64,000 bases of DNA, taken from the NCBI GenBank assembly GCA_963836235.1, contig CAWIIP010000005.1, forward strand, positions 96,001 to 160,000, written 5' to 3'. Under the pieces are notes generated by a model, which saw only the letters and a list, made by a program, of their open reading frames with translations, was not told the origin of the DNA and ran no database searches. Position 1 is the stretch's first letter. The number at the start of each line of letters is the position of its first letter. Of this stretch, positions 10,971 through 20,309 are shown piece by piece. The stretch comes from an uncultured Pseudomonadota bacterium (GTDB taxonomy: Bacteria > Oederibacteriota > Muellerivitia > Muellerivitales > Muellerivitaceae). Both the position numbers and the translations under genes were made by a program.

Positions 10971-11993
10971 ATGTCGTCGTTGAAAAGCACAAACACCAGT
11001 CAAGAAAACTTGGGAAATTCCAACCATCAACCGGCGCCAATGCCGCTTCAGGGAACGCCCCGGGCATCAGGCGGGGGCAAAACCTTCGTCCGGATTTTGA
11101 TCGCCCTCGTGTTGATTGCGGGCGTGGCGGGAAGCTTGTATTTTTTCCTGGGGAAAACCCCTAAAGATTTCAAAGTCCAGTCCCTCGTTACCTTTTACGG
11201 AAATAACAACAAATGCGGGGCTTTTAATGCCTGGGGCATCGGGCCCGTTGGGAAGGACAAGGTGATGGTGGTGGACCAAGCGAACAACCGCATCTTGGTT
11301 TTCGATCGAAAAGGTAACTTCTTAAAAAGCTGGGGAAAACTCGGATCGGGCCCTATGGGCTTTCATAGCCCCACTGGAATGGTTTCGGACGACAAAATCG
11401 GCTACGTGATCGACTCCTGGAACAGCGCCATCAAAGGTTATGACGAAAATGGAAAACAAGTGTTTAAGCTTGATTTGGGAGACAAAAAGCTTTACGGCCC
11501 CCGGGGAATCGGCTTTGACGGAAAGAATTTCCTCCTGGCCGACACGGGAAACCATCGGATCCTTTTGATCACACCCGATGGCCATACCGCCGTCTTTTGG
11601 GGAACAATGGGTGCAGAAGAAGGTCAATTCAATGAACCCGCTGATGTCGTTTCAGACGGCAAAGGAAATTATTTCGTGGCGGACACGCTAAACAACCGCG
11701 TCCAATGGTTAGATCAAGATGGAAAGGTGGTTAAAGTTTTTAAATTAGAAAAGAATGTAGCGGTTGTAACCCTGGATCAGGACGGAAGGCTTTATGTGTC
11801 AACCGCTACCAAGGATGGAGCCAGTTGCGTAATGGTTTACAGTCTCAAAAAGGGTTACTTGGGCGAACTTAAGGACGAAAACGGCTCTTTGGTTCCGGTG
11901 GACCGAGGCATGGCGGTTAGTTCAGATGATGTTTTAATGATTGCAGACAGTGACCACGTTAATTTGTACCAAGTGCCTGCCACTGACCCCTGA
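10971..11993 (+). CDS. Membrane-anchored NHL-repeat beta-propeller protein (paralogue 2)
   Basis: Same length (340 aa) and long identical stretches with 2012..3034 (GPVGKDKVMVVDQ, LYGPRGIG.DGKNFLLADTG). Confidence 0.85.
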   Translation: MSSLKSTNTSQENLGNSNHQPAPMPLQGTPRASGGGKTFVRILIALVLIAGVAGSLYFFLGKTPKDFKVQSLVTFYGNNNKCGAFNAWGIGPVGKDKVMVVDQANNRILVFDRKGNFLKSWGKLGSGPMGFHSPTGMVSDDKIGYVIDSWNSAIKGYDENGKQVFKLDLGDKKLYGPRGIGFDGKNFLLADTGNHRILLITPDGHTAVFWGTMGAEEGQFNEPADVVSDGKGNYFVADTLNNRVQWLDQDGKVVKVFKLEKNVAVVTLDQDGRLYVSTATKDGASCVMVYSLKKGYLGELKDENGSLVPVDRGMAVSSDDVLMIADSDHVNLYQVPATDP

Positions 11994-12096
11994 TGGTTGT
12001 AAATTCGATCTTATTAGAAAACGTTCACCGAATCGGGCGAGCTTTAAAAAGCTTCCTGCCGACAGAATTTAAAAAAAAGTTAAACCTTAATTCGCA

Positions 12097-13991
12097 TTAT
12101 CTACGCTTCTTAACCTTCGGCTTCTTCCCTAGAACGCGCCATATCCCATAGGACAAGAATCCCGCGCAGGTGGCGAAGGCATCTCCGGTAGCGGCCTCGC
12201 CGGTATTCTCATCCACCGATTCACAGGCGATCCCATTGTCCATTTTGGCGTTCTTGAGAAACTTCAAGGCCCTGTCTTTTTGCTCCGCCAGCAGGCTGTT
12301 CACCGAAGCCAAAACCCAGGGGTGGGGGGCGTGGGCGCAGCCCACTTCCTCAAAGGGCTTGCCCGGGAAGGAATAGGGATAGTCCGCCGAGTAAATCCAA
12401 TCCCGGCACCTCTTCCAAAGGGGGTAAGAAACCTTGCAAAATCCGTAATGGGGCAGAAGCAAAAGACTTCCGGGCGGTTCGTCGTAAAGCATGTGGCCGT
12501 TTTTCGGTTCCAGGTCCGCCGACCAGGCGAACATGCGGCCCTTGGGGCCCTTCACCACGCAATAGCGGATGATGGCGGCCTTCACCAGGCCCGCTTGGCG
12601 TTGGAGGCGGCTGATTTTGACCGACAAAAGCTTGTTCTTCTCCATGCGGTAAATCTGAGCTAAGTCCATCAAGGCCCGCCAGACCAGGACGTTGTCGTAG
12701 GTCACATAGCGTTGGGGCCAAGGGTCATCGGAGGGCAGTAGCCAGGTTTGGTACAGGTCTTTCTTAGGGTGCTTCTTCAGCTGCCAATTCCCTCTCGAAC
12801 CTCTCCAGGCTTTCCCGAACCCCCGGCTGGTTTAAAAAGCCCAGGTCCCGGGTGGCCTCCAGGTAATTCCTCAGGGCGATCAACTGGCGCGCAAAACTCA
12901 TCCAGTTCAAACCCCGGTTCCAATACCGCCCCGTTCAAATAACGGCTATGCACTCCGAAATTCCTCGCCTGCCGGGTAAAGACGTAACCCAGGACTTTCC
13001 GGGCCCATTCCGGGTCCAAGGCCAGAATCGAGGGGAAGGACCAAAGCAGGGTATCCCTGTCCCAATAGGCCCCACTGACATAATAACGGTTGCTTCGGGA
13101 AGTCAGGCAAACCGTTTCTTCCGTGTCGATGGTCACCCCGGTCGCGTAAAAGCGGTTGAAGAAGGCGTTCACGTTCATCAGGCTATCCAGCTGGGGGTCC
13201 TTGGTTTTGGTGGTCCGCTGTTTCTCTCCCAGCCACTTCACCGTTTGCTGCCGGAGGGCCTTCCCGCCCGTCCTTTGCAGTTCCCTAGCGGAGGAGAAGG
13301 CGCCGATCTCATCCAACCCGAGCCCGAAATAAAAGTGGGCCTGCCAGGCCTCTCCCTTTTTCACTTCCTTGGATTGAAGCCAATGTAAAAGCAGGCTCTC
13401 CTCCCCTTCCAATAAGGTTTCCCGTCCCGTGGGATTTAAGGCTTGAAGGCCTTTGCGGAAGAAGAAGCGGCTGGTCTTATCTTGGGGATAGGGTGCCAAG
13501 GCAACCAGGGGGGCGGGCGAACGGAATTCGAGGGCCGGCATGTCCTCCCAAGTCTTGGCCACTAAAAAGCGGCTTCCTTGGAGGGGTTTGGTGACATTGA
13601 TGCTATGCAAAAGGGAAGACCAAGCTATATCCGCAGAAAGGCCGCAATAGAAGGAGTTCTGGGAAAGGTTGGAGATCCTCAGGGAAAGAACAAAACCCCT
13701 TTGGCCGAAGGGGCAAAAGTAAAGACCTTCCACTTCCAGCCAATCTTCCTTCAGACGGAACTTCGGCAGCCAGTCCCCTTCCCTTTCCCAGGTGAAGCGG
13801 CCATCCAGGACCAAATCCTCGTCATTGATGGTGATCCGGGGGGTCAAAAAGGGGGTCGCCCCTCCTGAAAAAGCCAATAGGCCGTTCGCGCCCATGTGAA
13901 TGACATTCACCTGTTCCACCGCCCCATCCCTTTCACGGATGGTTGGCAGGGCCACATACTCGTTGCCAGTCGGGATGTATTTTTCTTTCAT
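12097..13991 (-). pseudogene. GH125 (metal-independent alpha-mannosidase-like) gene with two +1 frameshifts, or an assembly error
   Basis: YWDRDTLLW and FELDEFCAP in one frame; LIALRNYLEAT after an extra base near 12884; LYQTWLLPSDDP..YVTYDNVLVW and GIACESVD..FATCAGF after an extra base near 12781. Confidence 0.75.
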
Positions 13992-14063
13992 TCAATCATT
14001 TCCTTTAAGCCGTCTTTGCCGGGGATTTCCGGAACATCATAACGATGTTTTGAAGCCGTATCC

Positions 14064-16157
14064 TCACTGATTCGATGGCCGGTAAGCCCCCTGTTGCACC
14101 AGGTAATCCAGGCCCCTTTTGGCCTCCGCGTGATCCGGTTGGAGTTTCAACACCTTTTCGAATAATTTGCCCGCCAGGGCATTATTGCCCGTCTGTAAAG
14201 CCACGACGGCCCAGTTGAAATAAGCGACGATATATTGGGGATCGAGTTGGGCGGCCTTTTCATACCAAGCCAAGGCATCGTTCACCCGGCCTACGTGGTA
14301 ACAAGCGTTCCCCAGGTTATAGGCATATTGAGCATTTTGGGGGTCCCATTTCTGGGCCCACTGGAAACAATTCAAAGACCTCTCATAATCCTGTTCAAGT
14401 GTCAACAAATCAGCGGCCTTGGAATGGGACGTGAGTTGGGCCTTGGCGTCGTCCCCCTTGTCCTCATAAAAAGTCCCCAGGCTGTTGCGGAAAACGCCGT
14501 AATCCTTATAAATAAAATTGCGAGTCTGATCATCCATGACAAACCCGGCTTCCACCATGTGCCTCAACCTCAGGGCGTTCCAAACCGCGTCGGAACGGGC
14601 CTCGTCCAGAACCAGCTTTTCCCCCGGCAAAAAACCCTTACCCGTCACCCCATAAAGAACCATTTTAATTTCCGGCAGGGGCCCGTCTTTATAACGGTTA
14701 TAGCTGAAATAAAGTTCCCGGTCCGGGTTCTTATCGATCATCCATTTCGCCAAGGGGGATACCGCTTCATTACCCATCGGCTGGGTGGTTCGGGGAACTT
14801 TCAAACCCGGATGGAATCGGGCCAGATTCGCCCGTACCCATTCCATAGGCAAGCCGTCGATACCCACCATCGCGACGTCGGGACGCTTTTGTTCCACCCA
14901 TTGGAAATACCAGGCGGGAAAAATGATGGTGTCGCCCCGGCAAAGGTACAAGGCGTTTCGGGGAAGGGCCTTGAATCCGTTCAAAACCGAATCGTAGGAA
15001 TAGGTGTAATCAGTCTGCCTTTCGGTGGAAAAACGATGGACGGCCAACCCCACCAGCCAAAGAAGAACAAAGCCAAAAATTATTTTTTCAATCCTCGGTC
15101 TCCATTCCGCCTTCAAAATTGAAAGACCGGTTTCCAAACCCCAGGCCGAAAACAGAAGAATGAACAAATGGGCGGTCATCCCATACTCTTGGATGAGAAA
15201 AAACTTTTCCTTTGAGAGATTCAGGTAAATTCCTAAAATCAAAACGATGGAAACCCACGGCGCGATAAATACCCAAGCCCAGGATTTCAGGGGAGACCAC
15301 CGTCGAACCGCGTAGATTCCCCCGAAAGCCGCCAAAAGCATTCCCCCAAATTCCCAGAAAGCCGCTTGAAGATAGGTCCACCACTGTTGAAACCAGACCA
15401 AGGGACCCCCACCCACATCGGGCGCCAGATATTGGCTTCTTAAAAAGTCATAAACAAAGTTATGCCACGTGACGGGATTGCCCCAATTCAAAGCCGGGCC
15501 TTGAAGCGACCTCAGGGGAAGTAAAAGATAAAGGGAAAGGCCCAATAAGCCGGCGGAAGCCAATTGGATCAAGGGCTTTTGTTCAAACCCTTTTTCCTTC
15601 CATCTAAAATAAAAGAAAAGGCTGAAGCCCGGAAGGTAAGCCATCATGGTCATCCAGTGATTGGCGAAGGAAAGCCCCAAAAGAAAGCCAAAAAATAATA
15701 GGCGCCCTTCGAAGAAGGCCCAAAGGATCGCCAGAACGAAAAGAGCCGTCAATTGATAGATACCGGTCTTGGCGCTTAAGGCGGCCGGAAAGGTGGTGGC
15801 CCCGGCCAGCCAAAAGAGGGCGAAAAGGGCGGCCCATCGGTTGGAGACATGGAGTTTTTGCCTCAAAAAACCGTAAAGCAGCAGGCAAACCCCCGCCGCC
15901 AGACAGGCGGACAAGAGGTTCACCCGGAAGGGGTAATGGGACAGGGGAAGGCGGGAGAAAAGGAACCCCATTAGGGTGAAAAGGGGGTAACCGGGCGGGT
16001 GGGGTATCCCCAAACTCACACTGGCGGTGACTGTTTCCGGGCTGTCATCCGCGTAGAAAGTGGGATTCAGCCCCACCAGAGCGAAGGAAAAAACCAGAAA
16101 AACCAGGAGAAAGGGCGTCAGCCGCTCCCATCGGTTGGTTGGGGGAAGGTTGTCCAT
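14064..16157 (-). CDS. DUF2723/TMEM260-like GT-C mannosyltransferase with C-terminal TPRs
   Basis: DDSPE..., LGIPHPPGYPLF, LSFANH, LNWGNP, GDT motifs; TPR repeats (YAYNLGNACY...AAQLDP). Confidence 0.85.
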   Translation of the reverse strand: MDNLPPTNRWERLTPFLLVFLVFSFALVGLNPTFYADDSPETVTASVSLGIPHPPGYPLFTLMGFLFSRLPLSHYPFRVNLLSACLAAGVCLLLYGFLRQKLHVSNRWAALFALFWLAGATTFPAALSAKTGIYQLTALFVLAILWAFFEGRLLFFGFLLGLSFANHWMTMMAYLPGFSLFFYFRWKEKGFEQKPLIQLASAGLLGLSLYLLLPLRSLQGPALNWGNPVTWHNFVYDFLRSQYLAPDVGGGPLVWFQQWWTYLQAAFWEFGGMLLAAFGGIYAVRRWSPLKSWAWVFIAPWVSIVLILGIYLNLSKEKFFLIQEYGMTAHLFILLFSAWGLETGLSILKAEWRPRIEKIIFGFVLLWLVGLAVHRFSTERQTDYTYSYDSVLNGFKALPRNALYLCRGDTIIFPAWYFQWVEQKRPDVAMVGIDGLPMEWVRANLARFHPGLKVPRTTQPMGNEAVSPLAKWMIDKNPDRELYFSYNRYKDGPLPEIKMVLYGVTGKGFLPGEKLVLDEARSDAVWNALRLRHMVEAGFVMDDQTRNFIYKDYGVFRNSLGTFYEDKGDDAKAQLTSHSKAADLLTLEQDYERSLNCFQWAQKWDPQNAQYAYNLGNACYHVGRVNDALAWYEKAAQLDPQYIVAYFNWAVVALQTGNNALAGKLFEKVLKLQPDHAEAKRGLDYLVQQGAYRPSNQ

Positions 16158-16260
16158 AGACGGGACATTTTAACCAAGGATGAATAAAGAAGAGTTTAAA
16201 TTTTAAGAATTTACGGCCATATCAACCACGACTATTGGAGTTAACCCAACTTCGTCGCGA

Positions 16261-16416
16261 TTAGTTGCTCCGGCGTCCACCGGATCGGCGGTCCCCTTTG
16301 CGCGGAGCCCCGGGGCGTTTGTCGATCAACCGGCCCGGAAAACGCCGGTCACCTGGTTTCCGGCGTTCAGCTTTTCGTTTATTGATAACGGCACCGGTCT
16401 TTTTCTTTTTCAACAT
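16261..16416 (-). CDS. 51-aa basic peptide with [D/E]RR repeats (below ORF-track cutoff)
   Basis: AAGGAGG RBS just after the ptsI stop; MLKKKKTGAVINKRKAERRKPGDRRFPGRLIDKRPGAPRKGDRRSGGRRSN. Confidence 0.65.
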   Translation of the reverse strand: MLKKKKTGAVINKRKAERRKPGDRRFPGRLIDKRPGAPRKGDRRSGGRRSN

Positions 16417-16433
16417 GCCCAAGCCTCCTTACC

Positions 16434-18188
16434 CTAAAACAAAATGGCCCGTAACTCGGACGGAACGTTATCTCGGATCAGCTTCAACACCTCATCGGAG
16501 GTCTTCATTTGCAGGGCGGCCTTGGCGATTTCCTTGGATTTCTCGAAGGGCATCATGCGGATGACCTTCTTGATTTCCGGGATGACGGAAACGCTCACCG
16601 AAAACTCATCCAGCCCCATCCCCAGCAGAAGCGGGACAAACTGTGGGTCGCCGGCCATCTCGCCGCACATGCCTACCCATTTCCCGGCGTTGTGGCAGGC
16701 GTCCACCGTCATCCGAATCAGCCGCAGGATAGCGGGATTAAGCGGGTCATAAAGATAAGCCACCGATTCGTTCACCCGGTCCACCGCCAGGGTATATTGG
16801 ATGAGGTCGTTGGTACCAATCGAAAGGAAGTCCAGTTCTTGAATGAGAATATCCGCCACTACCGCCGCGGAGGGGATTTCGATCATGGCGCCCACCTCGA
16901 TGCCGGAACGGAAAATCTGCCCCTCTTTCTTCAACTGTTGAACGCACTGGTTGAGGAGCACTTTTGATTCACGAACTTCCGCCAAGGTGGAAATCATCGG
17001 AAACATAACTTTGATAGGCCCATGGGCCGCGGCTTTGAGGATGGCCCGAAGCTGGGCCTTAAAAAGGTCCGGGCGCTTCAGGCATAAACGGATGGCCCTT
17101 AACCCCAGGAAAGGATTACTTTCGTTGAAGGCGTTGAGGTGGGATAAAAACTTATCCCCGCCCAGGTCGAGTGTCCGGATGATGGCTGGATTGACCCCCG
17201 TTTTGGTAGCCAGTTCTTTGTAGGCTAAGTACTGTTCCTCTTCCGTCGGAATCTCCTCCCGGTTCAGGAACAAAAACTCGGTTCGGAAGAGCCCAATCCC
17301 TTCCGCGCCATGCTTGAAAATTTCATCCAATTCCTGGGGAATCTCAATATTGGCGGCCAGGGTCACTTGGTGCCCATCCGGGGTTGTCGCGGGAAGGTTG
17401 CGCAGTTCTTCCAGGCTCTTCTGAAAAGCCTCGTAACTGTCTTTTAACCGCTGATACTGCTTAAGCGTGGGGGGGAGGGGGTTTACCACCACCAGGCCCT
17501 TGTTGCCGTCCACGATGATCATGTCCCCGTCTTGTACTTCGGCGGTAAGAGTTTGCATGCCCAGGACCGCCGGAAGCCCCAAGGAACGGGCGACGATAGC
17601 CACGTGGGAAGTCCGCCCCCCCACATCCGTGCAGAAGCCCTTGACGGTGCCGGTTTGCATGCTGACCGTATCGGAAGGCGCCAGGTCGTTGGCGATAACA
17701 ATGACTTCCCGGTCCAGTTTCTTTAGTTGGTCCTTCTCGGCGCCGGTTAGGTTCTGGACAAGACGATTACCTACGTCCTGGATATCCCCGCCCCTTTCCC
17801 GGAAATAATTATCGTCGAGGGACGCCATAACCGTTTTAAACTTTTCCAGCCCCTCATACAGGAGGAACTCGGCGTTCAAACGGCGGGTTTGGATAGATTT
17901 GGGGATTTCCTCCATGAAAAGGGGGTCATCCAGGACCACTTGGTGGGCTTGGAATATCGCGGCGTGTTCTTCCCCTAATTTCGCCTTCATCTTTTCTTCA
18001 AGTTCCGAGATTTGGACACGGGTTTTCTCGAGCGATAACTGGTAACGGTCCAGTTCGTCCTTGATCTCCTCGGCCCTTAAATTCCGCCGGGGCGCGGAAA
18101 GACCTTGCGGATGGTAAAGAAAAGCGGGGCCGATGGCGATGCCGCCGGAAGCCGGAATTCCATTGTAAATTTTCTCTGCCACGAACAA
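16434..18188 (-). CDS. ptsI: PEP-protein phosphotransferase (PTS enzyme I)
   Basis: GGRTSHVAI phospho-His motif, GIGLFRTEF, NPFLGLRAIR, SIGTNDLIQY, GMCGEMAG. Confidence 0.97.
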   Translation of the reverse strand: MFVAEKIYNGIPASGGIAIGPAFLYHPQGLSAPRRNLRAEEIKDELDRYQLSLEKTRVQISELEEKMKAKLGEEHAAIFQAHQVVLDDPLFMEEIPKSIQTRRLNAEFLLYEGLEKFKTVMASLDDNYFRERGGDIQDVGNRLVQNLTGAEKDQLKKLDREVIVIANDLAPSDTVSMQTGTVKGFCTDVGGRTSHVAIVARSLGLPAVLGMQTLTAEVQDGDMIIVDGNKGLVVVNPLPPTLKQYQRLKDSYEAFQKSLEELRNLPATTPDGHQVTLAANIEIPQELDEIFKHGAEGIGLFRTEFLFLNREEIPTEEEQYLAYKELATKTGVNPAIIRTLDLGGDKFLSHLNAFNESNPFLGLRAIRLCLKRPDLFKAQLRAILKAAAHGPIKVMFPMISTLAEVRESKVLLNQCVQQLKKEGQIFRSGIEVGAMIEIPSAAVVADILIQELDFLSIGTNDLIQYTLAVDRVNESVAYLYDPLNPAILRLIRMTVDACHNAGKWVGMCGEMAGDPQFVPLLLGMGLDEFSVSVSVIPEIKKVIRMMPFEKSKEIAKAALQMKTSDEVLKLIRDNVPSELRAILF

Positions 18189-18200
18189 CTCCTTTAAATT

Positions 18201-18286
18201 TCAGCCATTGGCGGTCAGCGGGTGGCTGGCAGCTTGTTTATCTTTCATATTTTGCTGACAGCCATCGGCTGCCGGCTAAAAGCCGG
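18201..18286. repeat. Inverted pair of degenerate 7-bp tandem arrays
   Basis: CAGCCAT TGGCGGT CAGCGGG TGGCTGG CAGC ... GCTGACA GCCATCG GCTGCCG GCTAAAA GC. Confidence 0.45.
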
Positions 18287-18287
18287 T

Positions 18288-18560
18288 TTATTCCTTTTCC
18301 CCGAACTTGTTTGCGAATAGCTGTTTTAAAGCCGCCAAGGCTTCTTTGGCGTCGTCACCCTCGGCCGTCATTTCCAATTCCGTTCCCTTGGCCGCGGCCA
18401 AAGTCATCAGGCCCATCAGGCTTTTAGCATTTACGTTTTGAATGCCGTGGTTGATAAAAATCTGGCTTTTGAATTTATTGGACACCTTCACCAACTCCGC
18501 GGCGGCCCTTAAATGAAGCCCCAGCTTATTGATGATGGGCAATTTTTCGGTTACTTTCAT
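18288..18560 (-). CDS. ptsH: HPr phosphocarrier protein
   Basis: NKLGLHLRAA (His15), VNAKSLMGLMTL (Ser46). Confidence 0.95.
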   Translation of the reverse strand: MKVTEKLPIINKLGLHLRAAAELVKVSNKFKSQIFINHGIQNVNAKSLMGLMTLAAAKGTELEMTAEGDDAKEALAALKQLFANKFGEKE

Positions 18561-18681
18561 TGGACTCCCCTTTGATCCTTCATTCTCCTACCCCCAAAAG
18601 AAGAGGGGGCGCCATCTTGTCTTTCATAAAAGGGTTGAACTTCAACCCGAAAACGAGAAAGAAGATGGCATGTCCCCTGTT

Positions 18682-19533
18682 TCATTGCCCACTTCCCAGC
18701 GGGAGAACAGGGGGCGCACTCAGTGTCGGCCAAAAAGCCAGCATGAGAGCGAATAAAACCGCGGCGTAAAACATTTGGCTGGGGCTGATCTTGCGGTGCA
18801 GGGCAAAGGTAAAAAGCCCTACAATCGCGGTAAAAAAAGTCAGCTTGAGAATGAACAACCCCACTTCTTTTTCCAATACCGACAAGTTGACGAAAACAAT
18901 CAAAACACCCAAAAGCAGGATGGAAGCCAGCTTTAAACCCCGAATCGCTTCCTGAAAACCATACTTTCGGAGGGTCAAAACCACCTGGTCGCTATGGCGA
19001 TACCCTTGCAGGAATCCCATGAGCCGGATGCCCACATGGGCGATATTGAAAACCGCCAGGAAGAGGAGCGGGATAATCCAATATTGCCCCTTGATCTGAA
19101 ACGCGTGGGACAAAACCAGCGTCACCGCGATCAACCCGCAATAAGGGCGGATGGTGGCCCAAAAAAGGTTGTCCCCCATGGCCGCGATAGGGCCCATCAT
19201 TCCAATTTTTAGCGCGCTGATCTCGTCCTCTTTCTGCTTTTGCTTGTTTCTGGGCTCCTTCTGTTTGTCCTCTTCCATTCGAAGGATAGCCCCCAACACG
19301 AAGGAAGCCATGTAAGGATGGGTATTGAAATACTCCATGTGCCGGGTCATGGCCTGGGCCCTCTCCTCGCGCGAAGTGTAAATTTTTCTCAAGACCGGCA
19401 TCAAGACAAAGGTTACCCCATAGCTCAAATAACGCTCGAAATTCCAAACCACCTGGAGAAAAAAGACCCTCCAAAAACAATGGGCCAAGTCAAAGACCGT
19501 AACCCGGGCCGCGGGCTTCTCGTCGGGGGTCAA
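18682..19533 (-). CDS. PTS mannose-family EIID
   Basis: WNFERY, RHMEYFNTHPY, MMGPIAAMGDNLFW. Confidence 0.92.
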   Translation of the reverse strand: MTPDEKPAARVTVFDLAHCFWRVFFLQVVWNFERYLSYGVTFVLMPVLRKIYTSREERAQAMTRHMEYFNTHPYMASFVLGAILRMEEDKQKEPRNKQKQKEDEISALKIGMMGPIAAMGDNLFWATIRPYCGLIAVTLVLSHAFQIKGQYWIIPLLFLAVFNIAHVGIRLMGFLQGYRHSDQVVLTLRKYGFQEAIRGLKLASILLLGVLIVFVNLSVLEKEVGLFILKLTFFTAIVGLFTFALHRKISPSQMFYAAVLFALMLAFWPTLSAPPVLPLGSGQ

Positions 19534-20309
19534 GCGGGTTCCCCTTTCCCCACGTAAAACAAGGTGAGGATAAACCCCGCGAAGAGGGCAATGGCGACGA
19601 GGTAAACTCCCGGCAAGGGCGACAAGACCGCCAGGGTCATCATGGACACAATGGACAGGATCAAATAGATGGCGGTCTTTTTTTCAACCAAGAGGTCGAT
19701 GACCGCCGAGCACCCTAGGGCCAAGAGAAGCCAATGGGCATAGTAAAAACCTTCTATGACCTTGCCATCCAAAAGGCTGCCTAAAAGCGTATAAAACCCG
19801 GCGCTGAAATGGGCGATGGTCAGGCAAGCCGCCGACACGAGGAACCCTTTCAATAGTTGTTCCATCAACACGAAAAAGTTAATCCACTCAAATGTTTTTA
19901 AATGGGAGCTGAAGGCCATCCGCTGCGCGAAATGGAGCCACCGGACATGGAACTTACGTAGGGCCACTTCGACCTCCGTGCTCAAAACCGCCAGGGGGAT
20001 CGCGATTCCCAAAGCATAGGTCATGACGGCTTCGGGGCTTTGGCCTTTTACCAACCCACAGGCCAGGGCGACGGCGGTGCCCGTTAACATCGTCAGGTCC
20101 AGGGGTAAATGGGCGCCCACCGGCAAATCACCGATCCAAATGAGTTCTATCAAAGCCCCCATTTCCAATCCGATGTCGGCCCGTCCAATAAGCCAGCCCA
20201 CCACCGGGCCGGTCACAATAGGCCTTGAAACCATAAACTGGCCGACCGCCGTCTCGTCTAAACTTAAAAAGGCCATCACGAGCGCGATGGAAAACCAGTG
20301 ATCCATCAT
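19530..20309 (-). CDS. PTS mannose-family EIIC
   Basis: QFMVSRPIVTGPVVG, GALIELIWIGDLPVGA. Confidence 0.9.
   Translation of the reverse strand: MMDHWFSIALVMAFLSLDETAVGQFMVSRPIVTGPVVGWLIGRADIGLEMGALIELIWIGDLPVGAHLPLDLTMLTGTAVALACGLVKGQSPEAVMTYALGIAIPLAVLSTEVEVALRKFHVRWLHFAQRMAFSSHLKTFEWINFFVLMEQLLKGFLVSAACLTIAHFSAGFYTLLGSLLDGKVIEGFYYAHWLLLALGCSAVIDLLVEKKTAIYLILSIVSMMTLAVLSPLPGVYLVAIALFAGFILTLFYVGKGEPA

Noticed and set aside
14235-15122. 295-aa + strand ORF (similarly 55924..56763 and 41698..42387)
   Set aside because: Antisense to well-supported genes, no recognisable domain
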